Shown here piece after piece: positions 33,738-44,195 of a stretch of 51,520 nt of DNA. Origin of the DNA: an uncultured Planctomycetia bacterium (lineage in GTDB: Bacteria > Omnitrophota > Gorgyraeia > 2-01-FULL-45-10). How positions within the stretch are numbered: the first letter of the stretch is position 1; each line of letters begins with the position of its first letter. Position numbers and translations under genes: made by a program. Location: positions 1 to 51,520 of the forward strand of contig CAYSSS010000003.1 of the NCBI GenBank assembly GCA_964433975.1, in the 5' to 3' direction. Below the pieces are notes generated by a model. The model did not search any database and was not told the origin of the DNA. It saw only the letters and a list, made by a program, of their open reading frames with translations.

Positions 33738-34385
33738 TTATCTCTTGTAGAACCTATCTATAGCGGCCATTACCTCTCGCGGAGTATCTACCACGGTGAA
33801 TAGCTTCAGATCCACTTTGTCTATCGTCCCCTGCGGTAGTAGAACGTTCTTTATCCATGAGATCAGCCCCTTCCAGTACTCTCTACCTACCAATATCACC
33901 GGAAAAGGGTCAACCCGCTTTGTCTGGACCAGCGTTATAGCTTCAAATAGCTCATCGAGCGTTCCAAAACCACCGGGAAATACCACGAACGCTTTCGAAT
34001 ACTTGGCGAACATCACCTTCCTGCAGAAGAAGTATTTAAAGTCTATCAACCTCGTAACATACTTATTCGGTCTTTGCACGATAGGTATAAGTATATTGAG
34101 CCCTATCGAATCGCCGCCGGCCCTCTTCGCGCCCTTATTTCCGGCCTCCATGATGCCGCTGCCGGCCCCCGTTATTACGGAATAGCCGTTCTTGGCGAGC
34201 AGATAGGCGGTATTCTCGGCTATCTTGTAGTATCTCTTGGTAGATTTCTTATGCTTTGCGGAACCGAATATTGAAACGGCTTTCTTGATATTTGAAAGCT
34301 CTTCAAAGCCGTCAACGAACTCGCTCATTATGCGGAATATTCGCCACGGATCTTCTTTTATGAAATCCTGCTTAAGGTAGGTCAT
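33738..34385 (-). CDS. LOG family protein (TIGR00730; nucleotide 5'-monophosphate phosphoribohydrolase)
   Basis: ITGAGSGIMEAGNKGA and PGGFGTLDELFE motifs. Confidence 0.9.
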   Translation of the reverse strand: MTYLKQDFIKEDPWRIFRIMSEFVDGFEELSNIKKAVSIFGSAKHKKSTKRYYKIAENTAYLLAKNGYSVITGAGSGIMEAGNKGAKRAGGDSIGLNILIPIVQRPNKYVTRLIDFKYFFCRKVMFAKYSKAFVVFPGGFGTLDELFEAITLVQTKRVDPFPVILVGREYWKGLISWIKNVLLPQGTIDKVDLKLFTVVDTPREVMAAIDRFYKR

Positions 34386-34389
34386 AATA

Positions 34390-35520
34390 TTAAAGTGTCT
34401 TTATCGAGTCGTAGGACCCGAATGGATTCTGCTCTTTTTCCGCGTTCTGGGCGTCCAGGAGCCACTCGCCGTCAACCACGAACTTATACCTGTATTTCCC
34501 CGGAGTAAGGGCGAAATTCCCCTGCCAGCTTCCATCGTTGAGTTTTGCCAGACGGCTGGCCTCATTCATCTTCCAGTGATTAAAGTCTCCCACCACGTAT
34601 ACTTCTTTAGCTTCGGGCGCACTTATCGAGAAGATGGTGCCCCTATTAACAGGTTCTTCCGTAGGCTCTATTGCAGGTATTCTGGGAGTAACCGGTAAAG
34701 CCGCTTCTTCCTGTTTGTAGGCGACTTCCGCCAGCGCCTGTTTAAACTCTTCCGCACCCGCCATCCTTACGACTTCCTGTGCCAGGGAGATATGATCACG
34801 CGCGCCGTTAGATTTGGCGTCGAGTTGCAGCACAGATATCCCCTTCGCCACAGATCTTCTTAGCGTGACATTCAGCCTTATTACCGTTTCAAGAAGTTGA
34901 TCCTTGAAGAACGCCTTTATCTCGTTCAGCATTATTTCGGAATACTTGAGCCTTCTGTCGTAAAGAGTGGCCAGGGCTCTTACCTGCGGAGTATGGTTTA
35001 TCTTAACCTTAATAAGTTCTACCATGCCCAGCAGTTTTCCTACGCCCATAAGCGAGAAGGCGCCCATATCCACAGGGACTATGACAAGATCAGCCGCCCT
35101 GAGCGCGTTAAATGTCAGAAATCCGAGGCTTGGCGGGCAGTCGATTATCGTATATTCGTAATTGAGCTGGCCCGCGTATATCGATTCGAATAACTTCGAT
35201 ACCGCGCCCTCCGTGTCTTTCAATTCCTGCTCCAGTGTGCTTAAGAGTATATTGGAAGGTATCATGTCCAGGTTATCGGATACGTTGACCACGCAGTGGC
35301 CGATGCCGCGCCTCTTTTCTTGATTATCCGTGAGAACATTGTAGATCGATTTGTCCTGAGGCGCGTTTGATAATCCCAAGCCGAATGTCGCGTGTGCCTG
35401 CGGATCAAGATCTATCAGAAGGACCCTTCTTCCCAGATGCGCGATGGCGCTTGAAAGATTTATTGCTGTCGTGGTCTTGCCGCAGCCGCCCTTTTGATTC
35501 GCTATAGCTACTATTCTCAT
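34390..35520 (-). CDS. ParA/Soj-family ATPase fused to a C-terminal AMPK-beta-type glycogen-binding domain (CBM48)
   Basis: Deviant Walker A NQKGGCGKTT and LIDLDPQ. The C-terminal ~85 aa are FSISAPEAKEVYVVGDFNHWK...GSWQGNFALTPGKYRYKFVVDGEWLLD. Confidence 0.85.
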   Translation of the reverse strand: MRIVAIANQKGGCGKTTTAINLSSAIAHLGRRVLLIDLDPQAHATFGLGLSNAPQDKSIYNVLTDNQEKRRGIGHCVVNVSDNLDMIPSNILLSTLEQELKDTEGAVSKLFESIYAGQLNYEYTIIDCPPSLGFLTFNALRAADLVIVPVDMGAFSLMGVGKLLGMVELIKVKINHTPQVRALATLYDRRLKYSEIMLNEIKAFFKDQLLETVIRLNVTLRRSVAKGISVLQLDAKSNGARDHISLAQEVVRMAGAEEFKQALAEVAYKQEEAALPVTPRIPAIEPTEEPVNRGTIFSISAPEAKEVYVVGDFNHWKMNEASRLAKLNDGSWQGNFALTPGKYRYKFVVDGEWLLDAQNAEKEQNPFGSYDSIKTL

Positions 35521-35555
35521 CTGCGAGTCCTCCCTTTCACTAAAACATACATTAA

Positions 35556-35620
35556 ATATACCCTATAAGAGCAGAAACTACAAATGTTTTCTGGCAGATC
35601 TCTACTTTTATAGGGTATAT
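35556..35620. repeat. 13-bp perfect inverted repeat ATATACCCTATAA / TTATAGGGTATAT separated by 39 nt
   Basis: Read directly from the sequence. Lies between the purL stop and the ParA-CBM48 start. An inner 6-bp stem CAGAAA/TTTCTG is also present. Confidence 0.8.
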
Positions 35621-35649
35621 CTCTCGCCTCATGATACCTCAGAGTAAAA

Positions 35650-37881
35650 CTAATTCCCTAATCTTGAAGAGATAGCGTTTCTCCATGTATCGCTCAATGT
35701 CTTTACGTCCTGATCAATCAGGACGGCTTTTCCGCAGCTGATAGTCAGTTTTTTACCATCGACATTGCCCAATATTTTGCAGGAGACGGAATATTTTTTT
35801 GCTATTTCCTTCAGATTGTTCAAATTATCTTTCTCGACAGAAACGACTATTCTGGAAGGCGCTTCGCCAAAGAGAAGCGCGTCTTGCCTTACGTCGCTTG
35901 AGTCTAATTGTATATTAGCTCCCGACAGCTTGTTTTTATTTGTGATGCACGACTCCACTAGCGTTACAGCCAATCCACCCTCTGAACAATCATGAGAGGA
36001 GCTGATAACGCCTCTCTGGGCGGCCTCCAGGCAGGCTTGTTGAACCGCTTTTTCTTTCGATATGTCTATCTGGGGATTACCCTTCTTTAAGCCGTGTATC
36101 AGATACAGGTATTCGCTGCCCGAGAGGTCTGAACTATTTTCACCGAGAAGGACTATTACGTCGCCGTCTTTTTTGAAATCCTGGGTGACGCATTTTGCTG
36201 CATCCTCGATGAGGCCCACTACTCCGATCATCGGCGTTGGGTCTATCGCTCCCTTTGGGTTCTCATTGTAGAAGCTTACATTGCCGCTGATGACGGGTAT
36301 GTCCAAGCCTTTGCATCCTGCCGAAATCCCTTCTACACATTTTTCGAACTGCCAGTAGTTTTCCGGCTTCATCGGGTTTCCGAAATTGAGCCCGTCTGTT
36401 ATAGCGAGAGGCCTGCCCCCGGCACATACCACATTCCTCGCCGCTTCGGCAACTGCCATCATCGCGCCGATATAAGGATTAAGGTAGCAGAACCTGCCGT
36501 TGCAGTCGACGCTTATTGCTATAGCTTTTTTTGTACCCACGATCCTTATAACAGCGGCGTCCGAACCCGCGTTAACCACCACATCGTCCTTATTCACAAA
36601 TGTGAATTTTTTATAAGCAGATTCCTTGCTCGCGATGCTCGGGGAATCGAGCAGTTTCAAAAGAGCCTCGTTGAAATCACTGGGCTCCTTTAAGGATTTG
36701 TAGTCTATCTTCTGGGAGTCTTTTAAATACGCTGGCTCCTTTGTTTCTCTTGTGTAAAGCGGCGCCTTTTTTGTGAGCAGTTCAGCCGACACCTCGCAGA
36801 CCACAACTCCTTTTTCTTTGACCCTCATCATCTTATCGTCTGTTACCTTACCTATCTTCACCGCATTTATTTTCCATTTCTTTAATACGGCTAAAGCATC
36901 ATCCTCTTTGCCGCTCTTTAGAATGGCGAGCATCCTTTCCTGCGACTCGGACAATAGGATCTCATAAGGGGTCATGTTTTTTTCTCGTTGGGGTACCAGA
37001 GCCACGTCGATTTCTATGCCGGTTCCGCTTCTTGTTGCTGTTTCGCATGAAGAGCATGTGAGGCCCGCGGCTCCCATGTCCTGCATTCCTGCAACAAGAC
37101 CTTTTTCTATCAATTCAAGACACGCCTTTCTCAGGCGCTTCCCAAGCTCCGGATCGCCTATAGCAACGGCACTTTTAGAGGACGACGATTCTTCCGTTAT
37201 CTCCTGCGAAGCGAAGCTTGCGCCGCCGACACCATCTCTGCCCGTATCGCCGCCTATGTAATAGACGGGGTTGCCGATACCGCTTGCGGTCCCCCTCATG
37301 ATATCTTTCTTGTTTACGATCCCTACAACGAAGGCGTTGACAAGCGGGTTTCCTTCATAGCTTTCATCAAAATATGCCTCGCCTCCTACGGCGCTGACCT
37401 CGGCGGTGTTGGCGTAATGCGCGAGCCCTCTGATCACCTCTTTAAACAAATATTTGACCTTTTCGTTCCGAAGATTCCCGAACCTTAGGGCCCCCAGCAC
37501 GGCCACCGGTCTTGCGCCCGTGGTGAATATGTCCCTGACGCATCCGCCTATTCCGGTAGCGGAAGCCTCGAAAGGTTCAACGGCGGAAGGATGATTGTGC
37601 GATTCTATCTTGAACGAAACCCCCCAGCCGTCCCCCAAGTCGACTATGCCGGAGTTTTCTTCGCCCGCACCTACGAGCACATCCTTGCCTTTTGTCGGAA
37701 ATAATTTAAATAATCTTCTTGAATTTTTGTAACTACAGTGCTCAGACCACATCGCGGAAAAGACGCCGAGTTCCGTGACATTAGGTTCCCTTCCGAGCAA
37801 TTTTTTTATTTCACCGAACTCTTCTTCACTAAGCCCCATCTCTTTAGCTAAATCAGTGTTAACCTTGATCGTTGCCAACAT
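35650..37881 (-). CDS. purL: Phosphoribosylformylglycinamidine synthase subunit PurL (FGAM synthase II)
   Basis: 743 aa. EHCSYKNS, ESHNHPSAVEPF and GNPLVNAFVVG are typical small-type PurL motifs. Confidence 0.95.
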   Translation of the reverse strand: MLATIKVNTDLAKEMGLSEEEFGEIKKLLGREPNVTELGVFSAMWSEHCSYKNSRRLFKLFPTKGKDVLVGAGEENSGIVDLGDGWGVSFKIESHNHPSAVEPFEASATGIGGCVRDIFTTGARPVAVLGALRFGNLRNEKVKYLFKEVIRGLAHYANTAEVSAVGGEAYFDESYEGNPLVNAFVVGIVNKKDIMRGTASGIGNPVYYIGGDTGRDGVGGASFASQEITEESSSSKSAVAIGDPELGKRLRKACLELIEKGLVAGMQDMGAAGLTCSSCETATRSGTGIEIDVALVPQREKNMTPYEILLSESQERMLAILKSGKEDDALAVLKKWKINAVKIGKVTDDKMMRVKEKGVVVCEVSAELLTKKAPLYTRETKEPAYLKDSQKIDYKSLKEPSDFNEALLKLLDSPSIASKESAYKKFTFVNKDDVVVNAGSDAAVIRIVGTKKAIAISVDCNGRFCYLNPYIGAMMAVAEAARNVVCAGGRPLAITDGLNFGNPMKPENYWQFEKCVEGISAGCKGLDIPVISGNVSFYNENPKGAIDPTPMIGVVGLIEDAAKCVTQDFKKDGDVIVLLGENSSDLSGSEYLYLIHGLKKGNPQIDISKEKAVQQACLEAAQRGVISSSHDCSEGGLAVTLVESCITNKNKLSGANIQLDSSDVRQDALLFGEAPSRIVVSVEKDNLNNLKEIAKKYSVSCKILGNVDGKKLTISCGKAVLIDQDVKTLSDTWRNAISSRLGN

Positions 37882-37906
37882 CTAACCCCTCCTTGTTTTT
37901 TAGTTG

Positions 37907-39448
37907 CTACTCCCATTCGATGGTTGCGGGCGGTTTGGAGCTTATGTCGTAAACGACTCTGTTTACGCCTTTTACTTCATTTATGATCCTGTTCGAAATC
38001 TTCCCTACGACGTTGTAGGGTATTTTCGCCCAATCCGCAGTCATTCCATCGACACTCGTCACAGCTCTTAATGCTACCACATTTTCATAAGTCCTTTCGT
38101 CGCCCATCACGCCGACAGATTTTATGGGAAGAAGCACCGCGAACGCCTGCCAGATCTCATCGTACAGGCCCTCGTTCCGTATGGAGGATATGAACCTGTC
38201 GTCAACTTCCCTTAATATATCGCATCTCTCCTTCGTGACCTCCCCTATGATCCTGACCGCCAGCCCCGGCCCCGGGAACGGATGGCGTCCCAGGACATTC
38301 TGATGCATCCCGAGCTCTCTGCCGACTTTTCTCACTTCATCTTTAAAGAGGTACTTTAAGGGCTCGACCAGTTTCATGCGCATTCTCTTAGGTAATCCAC
38401 CTACATTATGGTGTGTCTTTATCGTGGCGCTCGGCCCTCCGAAAGCGGAACATGATTCGATAAGGTCCGGATAGAGCGTTCCCTGAGCGAGATATTCCAC
38501 AGAACCTATTCTTTTGGCCTCCCGTTCGAATACCCTGATGAAGATCTTTCCTATTATCTTTCTCTTCTTCTCCGGATCTATCGCGCCTTTCAGGCCGTCT
38601 AAGAACTCTTTTGAGGCGTCAACGCACTTAAGGTTTATCTTGAAATGTTTCTGGAATATCTCTCTAACGCGCCTCGCCTCACTCTTTCGCAGCAGGCCGT
38701 TGTCGACGAATATGCATACGAGCCTGTGGCCTATCGCCCTATTGATGAGGATCGCGGCTACGGAAGAGTCGACTCCCCCGGAGAGGCCCAATACCACCTT
38801 CCCCTTACCCACGGTCCTCTTTATTTCAGAAACGGTCTCTTTCACGAAAGACTTCATCGACCATTCGCTCTTGGCGCGGCAGATATCTTTAAGGAAATTG
38901 CCGATTATGGTCTTGCCGAACTTGGTATGAGCGACCTCGGGATGAAACTGGACTCCATAGAGCCTCTTTTCAAAATTGGCGAAGCCGGCTACGGGAGTAT
39001 TCTTCGATGAAGCTATGCGTTTGAAACCTTTAGGCATCCTCTTCACTTTGTCGCCATGGCTCATCCAGGTGACGCTTTCCTGCGGGACGCCCTTGAAGAG
39101 GTTCTTATGGTTTGAGACCGAGAGACTCGCTCTTCCGTACTCTCTCGAGCGCGACCTCGCTACTTCACCTCCCAGTATCCTGGTCATGAGCTGCATTCCG
39201 TAGCATATCCCCAGGACCGGTATCCCTAAGGAAAATATTCGCGTATCGCATGTCGGAGCCCCGGGCGCGTAGACGCTGGCCGGGCCGCCGGACAAAATTA
39301 TCCCTTTGGTCTCCTGCCTGTCTATCGAGCTTATATTTATCATGGGAGGGACTATCTCGCAGAATACATTGAGCTCGCGGACCTTGCGCGCTATCAATTG
39401 GTTATATTGCGAGCCGAAATCCAGTATTAAGATCTTTTCTTTAGGCAT
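37907..39448 (-). CDS. guaA: GMP synthase (glutamine-hydrolysing)
   Basis: GATase domain (GICYGMQ, QFHPE), N-type ATP-PPase SGGVDSSV, and C-terminus PPATIEWE. Confidence 0.95.
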   Translation of the reverse strand: MPKEKILILDFGSQYNQLIARKVRELNVFCEIVPPMINISSIDRQETKGIILSGGPASVYAPGAPTCDTRIFSLGIPVLGICYGMQLMTRILGGEVARSRSREYGRASLSVSNHKNLFKGVPQESVTWMSHGDKVKRMPKGFKRIASSKNTPVAGFANFEKRLYGVQFHPEVAHTKFGKTIIGNFLKDICRAKSEWSMKSFVKETVSEIKRTVGKGKVVLGLSGGVDSSVAAILINRAIGHRLVCIFVDNGLLRKSEARRVREIFQKHFKINLKCVDASKEFLDGLKGAIDPEKKRKIIGKIFIRVFEREAKRIGSVEYLAQGTLYPDLIESCSAFGGPSATIKTHHNVGGLPKRMRMKLVEPLKYLFKDEVRKVGRELGMHQNVLGRHPFPGPGLAVRIIGEVTKERCDILREVDDRFISSIRNEGLYDEIWQAFAVLLPIKSVGVMGDERTYENVVALRAVTSVDGMTADWAKIPYNVVGKISNRIINEVKGVNRVVYDISSKPPATIEWE

Positions 39449-40855
39449 CTACATTCCTTTGCAGAGTTTACGCTCGAGCGCTTTTTTAGACGGCGTCTTG
39501 CAGATCTTGGTCGGGTAGCTCCCGGTGAAGCACGCCGTGCAGAACTCTTCCTTAGCTAACAACATGGAGCTAAGCATCCCGTCCAGGCTCAAATATTTTA
39601 AACTGTCGACTCCGATGAACTGGCGTATCTCTTCGATCGATCGATTTGCCGCGATGAGCTCTTTCTTCGTCGGAAAATCGATGCCGTAGAAGCACGGCGA
39701 TATCAGCGGAGGACAGCTTACGCGCATATGTATCTCGCTCACCCCAGCCTCTCTTAGAGCCCTGACGCGGCTTCGTGAAGTTGTGCCCCGGACTATCGAA
39801 TCCTCGACTATTATTATCTTCTTCCCCTTAAGGACATCCTTTATCGGATTCAACTTTACCCTCACCTTGAAATCTCTGATGAGCTGGCTCGGCTGAATAA
39901 AAGTTCTGCCTATGTAGTGGTTTCTGACATACGCCATCTCCAGCGGCAGCCCGGAGCCTTCGGCGTAACCCAAGGCCGCGTAATTACCCGAGTCGGGTAT
40001 CGGCATGACAAAATCCGCGTCTACGGGATGTTCTTTAGCGAGCGCCTTGCCAAGGTTTTTCCTGGCCATATATACGCTCTTGGTAAAGATGTTGCTGTCG
40101 GGTCTTGAGAAGTAAATGTATTCGAATATGCAGAACGCGTGCCTGGGAAGAAGGGTTGTATCAGGCGCCTTGAGCGACGTAAGACCGTTCTTATCTATGA
40201 TTACTACTTCGCCGGGCTCGATATCTCTTATATAGGCCGCCCCTATCATGTCAAAGGCGCAGGTTTCGCTCGCTACTACATACGCGCCGTCGATCTTGCC
40301 AAGGCATAGCGGCCGAAAACCAAGAGGATCCCTCATGGCGTAGATGGCATCGTTTATCATAAGGACGAAAGAGTAAGCGCCTTCGAGCTTTGAGAACATA
40401 GGCACTATCTTCTCCCTGTAATTATTCTTATGGTCCTTCACGAGGTAGTGGACTATCAATTCAGAGTCCATCGTGGTCTGCAATATGGATCCGGAATCTT
40501 CAAGCTCGTTGCTCAATTCTACTGAGTTGGTGAGATTACCGTTATGGGCTACGGCTATGAATCCTTTTTTGTGATTTATGAGAAGAGGCTGGACGTTCTT
40601 GGTTACGCTGGAGCCGGTGGTGGAGTATCTGACGTGGCCTATTGCGACAGGCCCTTTCAGCTTCTTCAAGATCTCCTCGTTGAATACGCTGCCGACTAAG
40701 CCCATCCCTTTATGCAGATGCACCTTTTTGTAGTCGTAGCTCGCTATTCCGGCAGACTCTTCACCCCTGTGCTGGAGAGCATATAGAGCTAGATACGCAA
40801 GTCTAGCCGCATCTTTATGGCCGTGTATGCCTACTACCCCGCAATATTCTTTCAT
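39449..40855 (-). CDS. purF: Amidophosphoribosyltransferase
   Basis: N-terminal MKEYCGVVGI (Ntn Cys), VAHNGNLTN, and PRTase loop IIIVEDSIVRGTT. Confidence 0.95.
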   Translation of the reverse strand: MKEYCGVVGIHGHKDAARLAYLALYALQHRGEESAGIASYDYKKVHLHKGMGLVGSVFNEEILKKLKGPVAIGHVRYSTTGSSVTKNVQPLLINHKKGFIAVAHNGNLTNSVELSNELEDSGSILQTTMDSELIVHYLVKDHKNNYREKIVPMFSKLEGAYSFVLMINDAIYAMRDPLGFRPLCLGKIDGAYVVASETCAFDMIGAAYIRDIEPGEVVIIDKNGLTSLKAPDTTLLPRHAFCIFEYIYFSRPDSNIFTKSVYMARKNLGKALAKEHPVDADFVMPIPDSGNYAALGYAEGSGLPLEMAYVRNHYIGRTFIQPSQLIRDFKVRVKLNPIKDVLKGKKIIIVEDSIVRGTTSRSRVRALREAGVSEIHMRVSCPPLISPCFYGIDFPTKKELIAANRSIEEIRQFIGVDSLKYLSLDGMLSSMLLAKEEFCTACFTGSYPTKICKTPSKKALERKLCKGM

Positions 40856-40919
40856 GATAGTCTTTAGCCCATTTAGCTTTAAGCTATAAGCTGTAGGTTT
40901 TAAGCTTAAAGCATACAGC

Positions 40920-43900
40920 TTACGGCTTACAGCTTTTTTTATGGTACTCCTGCAACGATCTTACAGATATCTTAGGTTTCTTGATAAGATTCTCTATTCC
41001 GTTGACGGTAGCCTGAGCGCCGGAGACCGTTGTTATAAGAGGAATATTGTAGAGGGTAGCCAGGCTCCTTATCTTAATCCCGTCCTCTTTGGTAGCTCTT
41101 CCTGAGGGCGTATTTATGATGAGCGAGATCTTACCGTCTTTAAGAAGGTCTATGGCGTTTGGCCTTCCCTCGTGAAGCTTGGGCAATACCTGGACGTCTA
41201 TATCATTACTCTTCAGCGCATCCGCGGTGCCCGACGTTGCCAATATCTTGAAGCCGAGATCCGCGAGCTTCTTGGCGACGAATACTATGTTCCTCTTGTC
41301 CTGATTCTTAACGCTTATGAATACATTGCCTTTTTTCGGAAGCTTCTGCCCTGCCGCTATCTGGCTCTTTGCGTAGGCTGAGCCGAATGTCGCGTCTATG
41401 CCCATTACCTCTCCGGTAGATTTCATTTCGGGGCCTAAAATAGCGTCTACCCCCGGGAACCTGATGAACGGAAAGACCGACTCCTTCACAGTGACGAAGT
41501 TTATGGCCTTCTCTTTTGTGAAGCCGAGCTCTTTTAAGCTCTTGCCGAGCATTATCTTTGTGGCGAGATTTGCCAGAGGTACGCCGATCGCCTTGCTCAC
41601 GAACGGAACGGTTCTCGATGCCCTGGGGTTGACCTCAAGGATATAGACTACGTTATTCTTTACGGCATACTGTATATTCATCAGGCCTTTCACCTTAAGC
41701 TCTTTAGCCATCGCGTAGGTGTTCTTCTTTATCGTTTCTATTATGTCTTTACCCAATGTATGCGTGGGCAGCACCATGGCGCTGTCCCCCGAATGGATCC
41801 CGGCCTCTTCGATATGCTCCAGGATCCCCCCTATAACGCATGTTTCGCCATCCGCTATGGCATCGACATCGACCTCTATCGCGTCCTCGAGGAATTTGTC
41901 TACCAGGATCGGCCTTTCCGGAGACGCTTCCACGGCCTTTTCCATATAATCGGATAGGCTCTTCTCGTCGTAGACTATCTCCATAGCTCTGCCGCCGAGA
42001 ACGAACGACGGCCTTACGACTACAGGATAGCCTATCTTTTCAGCCACGGCTTTCGCTTCATCGCATGAAGTAGCCGTGCCGTTATCCGGCTGGATCAGCT
42101 TTAATTTTTTCAACATCTGCTGAAAACGTTTTCTGTCTTCCGCTATGTCGATTGAGTCGGGGCTTGTCCCTAAGATATTCAATCCCGCCTTATGGAGCGG
42201 CCCGGATATATTGAGCGGCGTCTGGCCTCCGAACTGGACTATGGCGCCTATTGGCTTTTCGATATCTACGATGTTGAGCACATCTTCCACAGTTAGCGGC
42301 TCGAAATAGAGTTTGTCAGACGTATCATAATCTGTCGATACCGTCTCGGGGTTGCAGTTTATCATTATGCTCTCATAGCCCTCTTCTCTTAAAGCGTAAG
42401 ACGCATGGCAGCAGCAGTAGTCGAACTCTATGCCCTGCCCTATTCTATTCGGTCCGCCGCCGAGGATAAGGACCTTCTTCTTGCCTGAAGGTATCGTCTC
42501 GCTCTTCGTTTCGTAGGTGGAGTAGTAGTATGGCCTCTTGGCCTTGAACTCACCGCCGCACGTATCGACCAGTTTATAGGCCGGGCTTATCTTAGCTTTA
42601 GATCTATTCTGTCTCACTTTATTCTCCGTTGAGTTTACCAGGAAGGCTATTTGGGTATCCGAAAAACCGAACTTCTTCGCCTTTAAAAGAAGCTCTTCCG
42701 GTATCTTTATGTCCGCGTCCTTATCTTTGTTCCTGAATCGCTTTAATTGTTCTTCGACCTCAACCAATTCTCTTAAATTATCTATGAACCATTTATCGAT
42801 CTTGGACAGGTCATATATCTCTTCATTTGAAAGGCCCATCTTCAGGGCGTATCTTATATAGAAGAGCCTGTCGTCGTTTGGTGTTCTTATCTTCTCTTTG
42901 ATCTCGTCGATCATATCCTGTGAAGGCGTCGTTAACATTTCGTCCGTGATCTTGTCGCGTCCATCCGCGCCGAAACCGAAGCGCTTGGCTTCCGTCGACC
43001 TTATGCCCTTCTGCAGCGCCTCTTTGAAATTTCTTCCGATCGACATAGCTTCCCCGACGGCTTTCATGGACGTATTGAGCACGCGCGAAGTGCCGGGGAA
43101 TTTTTCGAACGCGAACCTGCATATCTTGAAGACGCAGTAGTCTACCGTCGGCTCAAAGAATGAGGTCGTCTTGCCGGTGATCTCATTAAGGACCTCGGGA
43201 AGCGTAAGGCCAACCGCCAACTTTGTCGCGACCCTGGCTATGGGGAAACCGGTTGCTTTTGAAGCGAGCGCCGAACTTCTGGATAGCCTCGGATTAACCT
43301 CTATTATGACGATCTCGCCGTTATCCGGATTTTGGGCGAATTGGATGTTGGCCCCGCCACCAGTTATCCCGATCTTACGGATAATCTTCTTCGAAAGGTT
43401 GACGAATTGCGCGTACTCTTCAGCGGTGAGGGTCTGGGATGGCGCCACCACTATGCTGTCGCCGGTGTGAACTCCCATGGGATCGACGTTCTCCATCGAT
43501 GTGATCATTATGACATTGTCCACACAATCCCTCATAACCTCGAACTCTATCTCTTTCCATCCCAGGACGGATTGCTCCACAAGTATCTGATGTACCGGGC
43601 TCATATCGAGGCCCTTGGCAAGAGCGATTTCGAGCTCTTCTTTGTTGTACGCGATGGCTCCGCCAGATCCACCCATGGTATAAGCCGGCCTTAATATGAG
43701 AGGGAAGCCGATACCAAGGCCTATCTTCATTCCCTCTTCTATGCTCCTCGCTATTCCGCTCTTGGGAGTGCCCACGCCGATCTCGTGCATCGCCTTTTTA
43801 AAGAGCTCCCTGTCCTCCGCGCGAGAGATCGCGCTGACATCGGCGCCTATGGATTCCACCCCGTACTTCTTTAAGACTCCTTCCTTCATCAGGAAGTATG

Positions 43901-44195
43901 CCAGGTTCAGGCCTGTCTGGCCGCCGAGAGTGGGCAGTATCGCGTCCGGCCGCTCCTTCTTTATTATCTCGGTGACCGCATCGATCGTCAGAGGCTCTAT
44001 GTAGGTAACATCAGCCATATTGGGATCCGTCATAATTGTAGCCGGATTTGAATTAATGAGTATGATGAAGTAGCCCTCTTCCCTAAGCGCTTTACATGCC
44101 TGTGAACCCGAGTAGTCGAATTCGCAGGCCTGCCCTATTATTATTGGGCCTGAGCCTATCATCAGGATCTTGTGTATGTCTTTACGCTTTGGCAT
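40920..44195 (-). CDS. carB: Carbamoyl-phosphate synthase large subunit
   Basis: 1091 aa with duplicated ATP-grasp halves ([14 protein letters not shown] / [14 protein letters not shown]) and a C-terminal MGS-like domain. Confidence 0.95.
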   Translation of the reverse strand: MPKRKDIHKILMIGSGPIIIGQACEFDYSGSQACKALREEGYFIILINSNPATIMTDPNMADVTYIEPLTIDAVTEIIKKERPDAILPTLGGQTGLNLAYFLMKEGVLKKYGVESIGADVSAISRAEDRELFKKAMHEIGVGTPKSGIARSIEEGMKIGLGIGFPLILRPAYTMGGSGGAIAYNKEELEIALAKGLDMSPVHQILVEQSVLGWKEIEFEVMRDCVDNVIMITSMENVDPMGVHTGDSIVVAPSQTLTAEEYAQFVNLSKKIIRKIGITGGGANIQFAQNPDNGEIVIIEVNPRLSRSSALASKATGFPIARVATKLAVGLTLPEVLNEITGKTTSFFEPTVDYCVFKICRFAFEKFPGTSRVLNTSMKAVGEAMSIGRNFKEALQKGIRSTEAKRFGFGADGRDKITDEMLTTPSQDMIDEIKEKIRTPNDDRLFYIRYALKMGLSNEEIYDLSKIDKWFIDNLRELVEVEEQLKRFRNKDKDADIKIPEELLLKAKKFGFSDTQIAFLVNSTENKVRQNRSKAKISPAYKLVDTCGGEFKAKRPYYYSTYETKSETIPSGKKKVLILGGGPNRIGQGIEFDYCCCHASYALREEGYESIMINCNPETVSTDYDTSDKLYFEPLTVEDVLNIVDIEKPIGAIVQFGGQTPLNISGPLHKAGLNILGTSPDSIDIAEDRKRFQQMLKKLKLIQPDNGTATSCDEAKAVAEKIGYPVVVRPSFVLGGRAMEIVYDEKSLSDYMEKAVEASPERPILVDKFLEDAIEVDVDAIADGETCVIGGILEHIEEAGIHSGDSAMVLPTHTLGKDIIETIKKNTYAMAKELKVKGLMNIQYAVKNNVVYILEVNPRASRTVPFVSKAIGVPLANLATKIMLGKSLKELGFTKEKAINFVTVKESVFPFIRFPGVDAILGPEMKSTGEVMGIDATFGSAYAKSQIAAGQKLPKKGNVFISVKNQDKRNIVFVAKKLADLGFKILATSGTADALKSNDIDVQVLPKLHEGRPNAIDLLKDGKISLIINTPSGRATKEDGIKIRSLATLYNIPLITTVSGAQATVNGIENLIKKPKISVRSLQEYHKKSCKP

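Noticed and set aside
40856-40919. AAGCT-rich palindromic spacer between carB and purF (AGCTTTAAGCT ... AGCTTAAAGC)
   Set aside because: It forms a roughly 10-bp stem, but on the - strand it is not followed by a U-run and the genes appear co-transcribed. It is low-complexity sequence and I could not support a specific function.
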